Source of the DNA: an uncultured virus (IMG/VR IMGVR_UViG_3300037245_001434)
Lineage: Duplodnaviria; Heunggongvirae; Uroviricota; Caudoviricetes
Virus record (IMG/VR): IMGVR_UViG_3300037245_001434
Length of the DNA stretch: 64,000 bases
Reading direction: 5' to 3' (one strand)
The first letter of the stretch is position 1. Each line of letters starts with the position of its first letter. Position numbers and translations under genes: made by a program. Of this stretch, positions 49,148-58,585 are shown in pieces. A model generated the notes under the pieces. That model had not been told where the DNA came from. It was given only the letters and a program-made list of their open reading frames with translations, and did not search any database.

Positions 49148-49494
49148 GTGAAAAAGATATTGAGCAAGAAATCAAAGACAAAGGTTTAACTGCCCCGCGT
49201 CTCACCCCCGCCCTTATCGATGCAACTATTGCTAGTGAGGATTACCATGTTTTTGAGGGCAGTCAGTTGACCGTATGCTGCTTGACTCTTCAAAATGGGT
49301 TTACCGTGACGGGCGAGAGCGCATGTGCTAGCCCTGAAAACTTCAATGCAGAGATAGGTCAGAAGATTGCAAGAGAGAACGCCAGAGGTAAAATTTGGGC
49401 TCTTGAAGGCTATCTGCTAAAGCAAGCGCTAAGCAAAAACCTACTATGCGTTGCCGTTGGTGTGGAGATTGATCGCGATTATAGCGCCAAATAA
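49144..49494 (+). CDS. Gp49/Sf6 gp66 family protein
   Basis: LTAPRLTP..LTVCCLTLQNGFTVTGESACASPENFNAEIG..IWALEGYLL. Confidence 0.85.
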   Translation: MSEKDIEQEIKDKGLTAPRLTPALIDATIASEDYHVFEGSQLTVCCLTLQNGFTVTGESACASPENFNAEIGQKIARENARGKIWALEGYLLKQALSKNLLCVAVGVEIDRDYSAK

Positions 49495-50292
49495 ATGGCC
49501 CGTAGAATCCCAAAGCTGAAAAGCACTATTAGTGACGAACAGCGCTACGAAGCCTCTATCAAGGTGATGATTAACGACCTGAGAAAGCTAACTAGACGAC
49601 ACGTAGAGCCTTCCCTAGAATCGATAGTCGATAAGGTGGCTATCAGGGTAGATGAAGAAGCCGGAGTTATTGACACGGCCATAGGTAAGCTCAGAGCGTC
49701 ATTTTCTCGCATGTATTCGCCAAGAGACTACCGTAGAGCAGCCAAAGCAGCCGCTGACCGTACAAACAAGACCAATATATCTAACCATGCCGCTTTGATG
49801 AAGTTTGTCGTTAAAGCGGACGTGGTTAAGTTTGAGTCTTGGTTGGATTCAGAGATTAAGAGCTTCGTTAATCAGAATGTTTCACTGATTGAGTCTCTGC
49901 CTGAAACCACCATGCAAGATATTGAACAGATGCTTTATCGTGAGTCTCGGCGTGGGTTATCTCCTAAAGAACTCAAGGCAGCGATTAAGGAAAAGTTCAA
50001 AGCTACTGACAATCAAGCCAAGCTAATTGCACGGGATCAGGTGAGTAAGTTCAATGGGTCACTAACTGAGCTTAGGCAGAAGAACGCCGGAATCACTCAC
50101 TATGAGTGGCTTACCTCTGATGATGGCAGGGTGAGACCTGATCATGACAGGCTAAATCATACTATTCAGGCTTGGGATAGCCCGCCTATAACGGTGACAA
50201 CTGGCAAAAGAGCTGGAGAAAGAAACCACCCAAATGGTGATATTTTATGTAGATGTATCGCTGCGCCGATCATCCCAAAGCGCGGTAAATAG
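49495..50292 (+). CDS. minor head protein (SPP1 gp7/Mu F-like)
   Basis: AKLIARDQ, YEWLTSDDGRVRPDH and CRC motifs. Confidence 0.88.
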   Translation: MARRIPKLKSTISDEQRYEASIKVMINDLRKLTRRHVEPSLESIVDKVAIRVDEEAGVIDTAIGKLRASFSRMYSPRDYRRAAKAAADRTNKTNISNHAALMKFVVKADVVKFESWLDSEIKSFVNQNVSLIESLPETTMQDIEQMLYRESRRGLSPKELKAAIKEKFKATDNQAKLIARDQVSKFNGSLTELRQKNAGITHYEWLTSDDGRVRPDHDRLNHTIQAWDSPPITVTTGKRAGERNHPNGDILCRCIAAPIIPKRGK

Positions 50293-50353
50293 TGCCGCGT
50301 TATATTTATACATCATCACCGACGCGGCCAGCGGGGAAATTGTAGTATATCAG

Positions 50354-53300
50354 TTATTCTTTGGAGTCACCGGTAAAGCTTCTGATTTTAAGGCTTGAAA
50401 TCTCTATATCCCACTGACTATCAATTGAATACCCTTCTTCCATTCTACTACCGCCAAACCTGTATCCCTGATCCTTCATTTCTTTGGGCATAGCGTCCTC
50501 TGCTTTTTGCATGGCAATTTCGCTACCTTCATCAGAAATAAGAGATCCTACGATTTCCGGTATTTCAGAATCCTTGGGGCAGTAAAAATATATATATAAA
50601 TCATTCGCTTTCTCTCCACCAGTCAAAGGTGGTGCATACCTGTAAATTCATTGCTCAGCCTCATGTTTAGCCAGCCAGAGTAGAAATATGTAGTAGCATG
50701 CGCTATCAACGCTATATCCAGGCATGACTTTTAGTTTTCCGCCAAGCGAATCAATGATGTTTTGCGGGTCTTGAGTGGTTACTCTTCTGTGTAATGATAC
50801 CTTCTCAAATCTTTCAATTTGCCGCTGTAGTTCGTCTTGTAGTTTGCTGTCACTCATTGGTCTATTCCTGTTGTTCCGAAGCGCGGGTGATGGTTATGGT
50901 TCAAGCGAAACCTTAAAATCACGTAGTTCGATCTTGTCACCACAATCCCACTCTTCTATCTCTGGATGCTTCTCTGAAAGAAAGATGGTCTTGTTGCAAT
51001 CACATGAATAGTTGCCATCAAAAAACATGAATCTAGCTGAGTCCTCACCAAAATCATATCCAAAATCATATTCATACGGAAACTCTCTGCCATCTGGCAA
51101 GGCCATCACCATTCGCGCAATAGTTCTAAACCTGACTTGATTTCCCTCTTCTTCTTTAAATGCGATTGTAACTTTGTGAGTTTCAGCAAAACCAATAAGC
51201 TTGGCTTTAAATTCAGACCGATCATTTGAAGTAGGAAACCAGAAGTCCCTTTCTTTTATTCCAAGGTATCGCTCTACTAGATTATCGTTGGTAATCTGAC
51301 CACGGAACCCAAGGTAGTATTCAAAGTCGCCTACATCAGAAGCGTTAAAGGTGATTTCATGCTCACGTACCGCGCCTGGAAGCCTAGCGTTTACTTCACC
51401 GTTAAATAGTCCATTACAGATAAGCCCATCGACAACAGCCTTATCTAGTACAGCCTCAATCTTCCCTGTAATTTCATCAATGCCCTTACCTTCAATAGCC
51501 GCATTAACTCTACTGGCTATTTCTTCGATTCTGTCGGCCTCGTCATCTGGGGTGACTTTATGCCAGTTGCGTACTTCGTTATCAATTTCACTCATGATTT
51601 TTCCTAATCCACCCCAGCTGATCCATTTCGTGATCGTCGAGAGATTCAATTGTTTGGTCTCTGTCTAATACGATAATCATGACACGCTTTAGCTTTCTCC
51701 TTGATATCTCCTCCGCAAACTGGTCAAGCATCACTATCTCTGCGTCTCCTGATATTACTAGGGTGCTGCCATCGGTTACGCCTATTAGGTGTGTTTCCAT
51801 ATCGCTCATGACTTTACTCCAATTCAGCCAAAGACTTTCCGACAAAGATTATTATAGTGATCTCCCATCTCTTCATCGAACTGCCTAGGGATAATCTTCA
51901 TTGCCTTAATAATATATCTAGTAGAGTCAGGTCTGGTAAATCCAGGCATATACCCATGTTTAGAATATGATTCTTTGGTTATTTCAACAACAGTATAGTT
52001 ATTGCCTATTAGCTCGATAATGCGGTCACCAGACATAGCGCTATCTAGTAGATCTTGTTCATGCTTATTTTCCTTTATCGAGTCGCTATATAGGACTAGG
52101 GTTAGGTCGTGTTCTGGCTTGAGTATGTCGCTCATTGTCTTTCCTTGAAGTTATTAAATAGTCTCTGCACAGATCGCGAATTACTACCGGATGGGTGGCA
52201 AGCGCTCTTAGCTATCTCAATAAACAAATTACAATGCATCGTAAGATCTTTATGGTCAAACCAAGCGTGCTTAGTTTCTTCACCTACCATCCACTGTACG
52301 GCATATTGAACTTGATGTTCTGGGTAGTGCTGACCTTCATTGAGACTGACTTCCTGTATAAAGCCTACGTCACCACCCTCATTCGTCACTACGTCAAATG
52401 GCTTGTATGACCATTCAAGGGTTTCTTTTGAAATGCTACTCATGACTTATCTCCTAGCTTAAATTCAAGCGGTACACCGCACCCACTACAGTAGTTATCA
52501 TTTTTTGCTAGAGTGGTTATCCCGCACTTAGGGCATTCATATGTGACGTAATACATTTCCTCTACGCCTTGCAAGTGATTATCCGTCACAGTAGCGATAC
52601 ACTCATCCTCTGCTGACACAAGATTGCTTAATTCAGCCCATACTTTGTAACCATTAGAAAACTCAACCATACCAAGACCTGATTCGATATCATGCTGTAT
52701 TAATGCGCACCTCTCGCCAGCAGGCATAACAGTATCTGGATCAACTAACCCCCCAAGTAGCGGCAAGTCTCTTTTTAGAGAGTATATCTTGGTGTCGCAA
52801 TACTTGTCTGTCGCGTCCATTTCCTCATCGGTATCGTAGTGTTCAGGTAGCGATTTACTTAGTCGCTCAATCAGCTGCTCAACATCCCTATTCTCCCAGA
52901 CTGCAAAGAGCTGGTCTTTATCAAAGCAACCATCTCTGCATAGAGTTTCAAAGTCCATGCTAAAGCTCTCGCCAGATCTTGAGTTATGAAGTAGCTCCAC
53001 CTCCTCATCAGAACTTCTTGCCTCCACAGAGGTAGCAATTTCGTTATAGAAAAAGTCACCGCTATCTAATATTGAATCACACTTTATTAGTAGATCCTCG
53101 AAGCAGCAAGACTCATACTTAGAAAACACGGTATTAGCTGGCAGCTTTAGAAACTCATCTAGGTTTACTATTTTCATTCTATTTGTCCTAGTTAGATTTT
53201 AAACGCGCCACGAAAATTTGGTGGCGCGTCAACATTGCGAATTAAGCAGTGATCTTTCATGTTCTTCATCTGCTCGATCAACCCTCTAAATTCACCATCA

Positions 53301-54993
53301 CCAATATCATAAAACCGCACGTAGGCTTGGTTTCTGTAAACTCCAGTCAGTATGATGGTGTTATTGCCTCTCATCCCTATATCAGCATCAACCCGAGTAT
53401 ATTTCTTGAGTTCCGCAACCTTGCGTTCTACAAACATTTCATGACGCCGTAAGTCAGCCAGTAGTAATCTGTTCTCGTTTTCAATGGCTGTGATACCAAG
53501 CGTTTTCTTAATCCAGTTTTTAATCCGCTCTTTCACTTTGATTCACTCCTTACTTTAAGTAACAAAGCGGCCCCGTCATAAATTGACTGCTTTGTAGAAT
53601 TAAGACATATATGCTCAAAATCTGGTATATGCGCCCACAAATAAGCTTCAAAATCATCGCAGCATTTAAACTCACGCAAGATACTCTCATGCTCTTGAAA
53701 GTCTTTGCTGGCATCTGAGCTGCTATGTTCTATCCACCAATGCGTACATGGATAATGCCACTCGTCGCGCCAGTATGGTGGCTTTCCTACTATCGCCACA
53801 TGATCAGTAGCCATGCGCTTTATAACGCGCACCCGCTCAAATTTAAGCCACGTCCACGGCTTTAAAAGCTCGCCGCAATATCTCCACTTTGGTTTCTGGT
53901 TAAAGGTAACGTCGTAGCCTACAGATGCTTCTGGTATGTTTGGTTCTTTCATTTTCCACCTTCCAATTTCACCTGGATATTAACAAGCCTACTTTGACGA
54001 TAAATTGCTATGTAGTCGTAGGTTATTGGACGCTCAACAGTTATGCCGAGATCTGCAATGTGGCTAAGTTCAGGCTCATTAGCCAGAAGATACTTAGTGC
54101 TTTCGTCTGATGGGTGAATTAGTAAGCTGCTATCTACTGCGTCAAATAGCTTCTCATCAGCGTAGATTCGACCATAAGTGCCTGCATCGGTTATTTTGAT
54201 CGTCGGGCTATCACTCTCTACCCATGCAATATCCCGCTTAGGGCTATACAGCTTACCCTCAAACACAATCCAGCCGTCACGAATCCAAGGGGTAACAGAC
54301 TGCGGATTCTTTAGCCCCATTGCTCGAGCAAAGGCGGCATTGTTCCCGCCGTGGCATCGTTTGATGTAGTCTCTTAGGGGTTCTGCTTCCATTAAGTATC
54401 CTCTAATGCGTTATTTATCAGCTTAACCATAAATGCTGCATTTGCGTCTGCTTTGTCACTCATTCCAATGAACGAGACCAAGTTATCATCAGCGTCATAG
54501 ATGGCTGTATATACCGCAGTTCTAGCCACCCTTACAGGAGGCGTTATGTTTATGTTAAATTGCACCCTTAGATCTCAAGAATTCTTTTTGCTCAGCCTGG
54601 GTGCTGAATAAGTATGCAACTAGAAGCCCCTCCATTTTCACGCTGAAAGCTGCAAAGCTTACGCGAGCCGTTGATATTTCAGCCCCACTCGATTCTAGGC
54701 TATCAATGGAGATTTCTTCATTGCACCACTTACTTCCGTCTATTAGAGCTGAATACATTGTCTTGTTCCCGTTGGTTATTGCCTTAACTTGGATACAAGT
54801 ATAAACGCTACTGCTTTATATGTAAAGCTTTTTTATTTACTATCTTAACTCCAACAAACTCACTCACAGGCAAAAACCTATACAGCATCTGAAACCACAC
54901 GCCTAGCTCACCATTACGCTCCACTACCTCAATGGTTCGCGTGTTACCGGCGTGGGTTTCTACTGTGTAGGTTCCTGGGGCGTTGAATTGCAT
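50354..54993 (-). other. cluster of about 13 leftward hypothetical genes (includes Zn-ribbon protein 52440-53177 and Cro-like HTH protein 53949-54392)
   Basis: Closely coupled ORFs; promoter TTTACA-17-TATACT at 54798-54826. Confidence 0.55.
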
Positions 54994-55012
54994 AGGTGAT
55001 CCGTTTTAAGAT

Positions 55013-55086
55013 TGGAAGCGGCACAAGGAATTGAACCTTGATGCGCGGAGTCAAAGTCCGCTGCCTAACCATTCGGCCATACCGCT
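55013..55086 (-). tRNA. tRNA-Gln (TTG)
   Basis: GCGGA-CTTTGAC-TCCGC anticodon arm, GGTTCAATTCC T-arm, CCA. Confidence 0.9.
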
Positions 55087-55092
55087 TTAAAT

Positions 55093-55179
55093 TGGCAGAG
55101 AGCAATGGAGTTGAACCATAAGCGTAAACACTCACATTGCTTAGCAGGCAAGCTCTAGCACCGGCTAGAATTACTCTCT
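55093..55179 (-). tRNA. tRNA-Ser (GCT)
   Basis: CTGCTAA loop, long variable arm, GCCA end. Confidence 0.85.
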
Positions 55180-55183
55180 ATAT

Positions 55184-55269
55184 TGGAGGAAGGTGAAGGA
55201 ATCGAACCCTTGACGGTTACGTCACCCTGGTTTTCAAGACCAGTTGCCAGCCATTTAGCGGCACCTTCC
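55184..55269 (-). tRNA. tRNA-Ser (TGA)
   Basis: CTGGT-CTTGAAA-ACCAG, long variable arm, CCA. Confidence 0.9.
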
Positions 55270-55274
55270 TTAAT

Positions 55275-55357
55275 TGGTAGCGGGGGAGAGACTCGAACTC
55301 TCAAAGGTCGTGGGTCTAAACCACGTAGCTGTGCCAATTTACATTAACCACCCCGCC
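55275..55357 (-). tRNA. tRNA-Leu (TAG)
   Basis: CGTGG-TTTAGAC-CCACG, GAGAGTTCGAGTCTCTC, ACCA. Confidence 0.85.
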
Positions 55358-55362
55358 AGAAG

Positions 55363-55447
55363 TGGTGGATGAACTAGGAATCGAACCCAGAATGCCTTAC
55401 GGAACGGGGTTACAGCCCGCACGCGATCCATACGCGTCTATTCATCC
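55363..55447 (-). tRNA. tRNA-Tyr (GTA)
   Basis: GCGGG-CTGTAAC-CCCGT, long variable arm, ACCA. Confidence 0.88.
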
Positions 55448-55452
55448 TTATA

Positions 55453-55529
55453 TGGTACCCACCCTCAGAGTCGAACTGAGAATCACAGAGGCTTAAACTC
55501 TGTGGCGTTGCCAATTAGCCTAGGTGGGC
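55453..55529 (-). tRNA. tRNA-Leu (TAA)
   Basis: CAGAG-TTTAAGC-CTCTG, CTCAGTTCGACTCTGAG, ACCA. Confidence 0.88.
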
Positions 55530-55545
55530 ATTAAATATTAATAGG

Positions 55546-55620
55546 TCGGAATGGTAGGATTCGAACCTACGGCCTCTCGGTTCCAAACCGAGTCGTCTAC
55601 CAAGCTGACAATACACTCCG
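55546..55620 (-). tRNA. tRNA-Pro (TGG), CCA not fully encoded
   Basis: CGGAGTG start, CTCGG-TTTGGAA-CCGAG, GGTTCGAATCC; followed by CCT. Confidence 0.9.
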
Positions 55621-55640
55621 CCTATTAACACTCAGGCAAT

Positions 55641-55676
55641 AAAAAAGCCCTCGTAACTTTCGCTATGAGGGCTTTT
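55641..55676 (-). terminator. attenuator terminator upstream of the tRNA array
   Basis: Minus strand AAAAGCCCTCATAGC-GAAA-GTTACGAGGGC-TTTTTT. Confidence 0.85.
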
Positions 55677-55704
55677 CAGAATACTTCTTGTGCTGCTGAA
55701 AAAA

Positions 55705-55770
55705 CTACATAGCTGTCCCGTCCGAATAACTCGGCGATTGCGGGAGAACTTGTAATAGTAGTGCTTTCAT
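55705..55770 (-). CDS. putative attenuator leader peptide MKALLLQVLPQSPSYSDGTAM
   Basis: Codons CTA, CTA, TTA, CAA, CCG, CAA, TCG, CCG, AGT, TAT, TCG match the 7 downstream tRNAs; stop lies in the antiterminator strand. Confidence 0.7.
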   Translation of the reverse strand: MKALLLQVLPQSPSYSDGTAM

Positions 55771-55778
55771 AATGAAGA

Positions 55779-55807
55779 AGTATATATCAACCTTTCACGT
55801 TTATCAA
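55779..55807 (-). promoter_or_regulatory. sigma70 promoter TTGATA-17-TATACT for the leader/tRNA array
   Basis: Consensus match overlapping the 3' end of rtcB; 8 nt before the leader ATG. Confidence 0.65.
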
Positions 55808-56890
55808 CGGCGTTACGTGATGGATAGTATCCACTAAATCAGCCTGCAGGCGCATCACTTCAAAGATGTCCTTGTAAGCTAATGGCGATTCATCCAAGGT
55901 GCTTTCATCGACAAGCGCGGTAACGCCTTGCATGGTTGCCTTGAAATCCTCTACGTTAAGCTCTCGTTCTGCTTGCTTGCGCCCCATCACGCGCCCAGCC
56001 CCGTGAGAGCTAGAATATAAAGAATCAGGGTTTCCTTTACCTCGCACAATGAATGAGCCATCACGCATATTTCCAGGTATCACGCCCATCATTCCATCTT
56101 CTGCATGGGTAGCACCTTTCCGGTGAATCCATAAACCGTCTTTCTCTTCTGCATGGTTATGGTTACGGTTAATAAGATGATCCCATTCACCATGCCCATC
56201 ACAATAAAAAGCCATTGCATCAAGAACTGAAATTAACATCTGCTGGCGGTTTATTAATGCGTACTCAAGCGCCCAATTCAGATCATTGATGTATGCCTGA
56301 CCATTATCACTATCAACTCTAAATCCATAGTGCCCGTCACGTACCTTGCCCTCGGGATCTGCAAGCCGTACATATTCAGTAGCTATGCCATGGCCTACGC
56401 CGCGTGAACCGGAATGAATAATAATCCAAACCTTGTTAGTTTCATCTTTGCCAATCTCGATAAAGTGGTTCCCACCTCCAAGAGTACCAATACCTCTAAA
56501 CCCCTTACGCTTTTCAAAGGCTTTCCGGCCAAGGTCTGCCAAGTGCCAGGGATCTAAATCACATCCTGCAGGGTGTTGGTGTACTTTGCCAACGCCGACA
56601 GGAACGCGCGTGTATATCTCATCAAAGATCATCCTCCCGTTTTTTATAATGTCATCAACATCAAATGTAGTTGGCAGTGCGCACATTCCACACCCGATAT
56701 CGAAGCCCACCCATGATGGTAGAATCACTCCCTCAGTGGCTACGACTGCACCAATAGGCAATGAATATCCCGTGTGAGCATCTGGCATTAATGCACCCTT
56801 AATAGAAAAGTCTTGCTCCATTGCGCTGTTAAACTGCTCTAATGCGGTTTCTTCTAAGTGTTCTGCATAAATTTTAATCTGCTTGCTCAT
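55787..56890 (-). CDS. rtcB: RNA ligase RtcB
   Basis: MPDAHTGY, VGFDIGCG, GTLGGGNHFIE, HSGSRG, NHNH, HRKGAT and SSSHGAGR motifs. Confidence 0.95.
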   Translation of the reverse strand: MSKQIKIYAEHLEETALEQFNSAMEQDFSIKGALMPDAHTGYSLPIGAVVATEGVILPSWVGFDIGCGMCALPTTFDVDDIIKNGRMIFDEIYTRVPVGVGKVHQHPAGCDLDPWHLADLGRKAFEKRKGFRGIGTLGGGNHFIEIGKDETNKVWIIIHSGSRGVGHGIATEYVRLADPEGKVRDGHYGFRVDSDNGQAYINDLNWALEYALINRQQMLISVLDAMAFYCDGHGEWDHLINRNHNHAEEKDGLWIHRKGATHAEDGMMGVIPGNMRDGSFIVRGKGNPDSLYSSSHGAGRVMGRKQAERELNVEDFKATMQGVTALVDESTLDESPLAYKDIFEVMRLQADLVDTIHHVTPLINVKG

Positions 56891-56959
56891 TCAATATCTC
56901 CATCCCTCTCTCAACCAGCCGATCAAATACCGGCCACGTATGCGGCTTAGATAGCTGCT

Positions 56960-57901
56960 TTACAATTGCCGTTCAACTGCACTAACTAGAAAATCATCCC
57001 AAAAGCCGCGATCAACATTCTCTGGCAGCTCGCACGTAGAAGACAGCTCCTCTACTCGATCCATTAAGGCCTCAAGCGTTGGCGCTACCTCTGATAAGTA
57101 ATCAGCCTCACCACGCTTGATCCTCTTCAAGTAACCTGCCTGCTCAAGAGGGAAAACAATGGTTCCTTTGGTGTAAATCTCTTCAAGTTGATAAGCGGCT
57201 CTCATGGCATGTGAGAGTGCTTTCCAGTCAATGCCCTGGTTCTTTGCGGCTAACTCTGCCCTTGATCCAAATGCTGTTACGAATATAGCCAGTGATTCAA
57301 TGACGCTATCAACCTTTACTGTTTCGAGGAACTTCTTACCGCATACCTGATAGATTTTGCATTTGTTTGTATCTTTGTCGTTTGGCTCAAGGTGGTGGAT
57401 ATGCTCCCCTGTTGGTAGCATGCTCCATACGTCACGCATCCGTGTATCAGACGGAAGCCCACTAAGTAAAGCGATCACCTCTTTAGCTGCATTTAGCCTG
57501 CTACCTTTAACGCCATACTTAGCCGCCTGCCTTCTACAGTAACCAACAAACGCCTTAAGGTTCTTGGTGTAGAACTTATCTCTATTAGCAGCGATAGCTT
57601 TCCACACATCACTAGACTCGATGATCATTGAATCAGGAGCGTGTAGCATGTCAATCGCAACTGTTTGACCTTCACACGCAAGCTCAATGAACCGGTGCAG
57701 AGAAAACATTTCATCATCAATATCGCCAGCGCCGTTCTTTCCGTGCTTATCGCCGGTAGAGGTGCTGATTGATTTGGGAAATTTAGCCAGCAATATCTGC
57801 CGTTTCGTTGGCATATAAATACCCTTAAAGTCATCATCAGATGATTCTGTATTGGTGCCGTAAAGATGTGACCCAAACTTCATATAAACTAGCTTCTGCA
57901 T
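56960..57901 (-). CDS. DNA pol beta-superfamily nucleotidyltransferase (RlaP-like)
   Basis: FGSHLYGTNTESSDDDFKGIY and DWKALSHAMR motifs. Confidence 0.85.
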   Translation of the reverse strand: MQKLVYMKFGSHLYGTNTESSDDDFKGIYMPTKRQILLAKFPKSISTSTGDKHGKNGAGDIDDEMFSLHRFIELACEGQTVAIDMLHAPDSMIIESSDVWKAIAANRDKFYTKNLKAFVGYCRRQAAKYGVKGSRLNAAKEVIALLSGLPSDTRMRDVWSMLPTGEHIHHLEPNDKDTNKCKIYQVCGKKFLETVKVDSVIESLAIFVTAFGSRAELAAKNQGIDWKALSHAMRAAYQLEEIYTKGTIVFPLEQAGYLKRIKRGEADYLSEVAPTLEALMDRVEELSSTCELPENVDRGFWDDFLVSAVERQL

Positions 57902-58479
57902 TTTAGCTCTCCCTCTGCGCTTCTTGCGCGTTGGTGGTAGTATTCGATGATCTGATTCATTGCCCTGATGTAGAGTGTTTTATCTCCATCTATCAGGTAT
58001 GGCATGAGCTTCACTATTTCACTCATGTAGACCTTTGCGAAATTCTTATCGTTGGTGCAAATGCACTTGGTATTGTGAATAATATCAGCAAGCTTAATGG
58101 TCTTGCCGCCCGGTGTGGCGTTTGCAAGATGCTCTCTATCAAGGGCTTTCCTGATCTCTCTATTCCCATCCTCTGGCCGAGAAACATCAGTTACATCGCC
58201 AACCATTTGCGCTACATAGTTGCAAAAGCCAGCCTCTTTAATCTCATCAATGGTGACTGGCGTATCTTCAACCACATCGTGTAGGAATGCAGCGCTGATT
58301 GTGTCGCAACAGGTAGTAACAGAGGCCACTATCTGCGCTACAGCTATAGGGTGAACAACATAAGGCTCACCGGTGTACTTTCTCTTTTGCTCACCGTGTG
58401 CTTCAGCGGCAAACTCACACGCGTAGTCGATTAACTGCTGACTGCGATCATGCTTAATTCCGTGGTCGTACATTTTCAT
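57889..58479 (-). CDS. HD-domain hydrolase, small alarmone hydrolase/SpoT-like
   Basis: AEAHGEQKRKYTGEPYVVHP, FLHDVVEDT and IKLAD motifs. Confidence 0.85.
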   Translation of the reverse strand: MKMYDHGIKHDRSQQLIDYACEFAAEAHGEQKRKYTGEPYVVHPIAVAQIVASVTTCCDTISAAFLHDVVEDTPVTIDEIKEAGFCNYVAQMVGDVTDVSRPEDGNREIRKALDREHLANATPGGKTIKLADIIHNTKCICTNDKNFAKVYMSEIVKLMPYLIDGDKTLYIRAMNQIIEYYHQRARSAEGELKCRS

Positions 58480-58585
58480 CTCCTTTTAATTTAAACTCAG
58501 CTGTATCATTGCGCTCTTTTGGTTTTGCGTAGGTTCCCATTGTTTGTGGCCTTGATGTTAGCCGCCTTCCTTGGCAGCTATTTGG

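Noticed and set aside
54944..55337. ORFs 54944-55135 and 55155-55337
   Set aside because: They overlap tRNA genes; spurious
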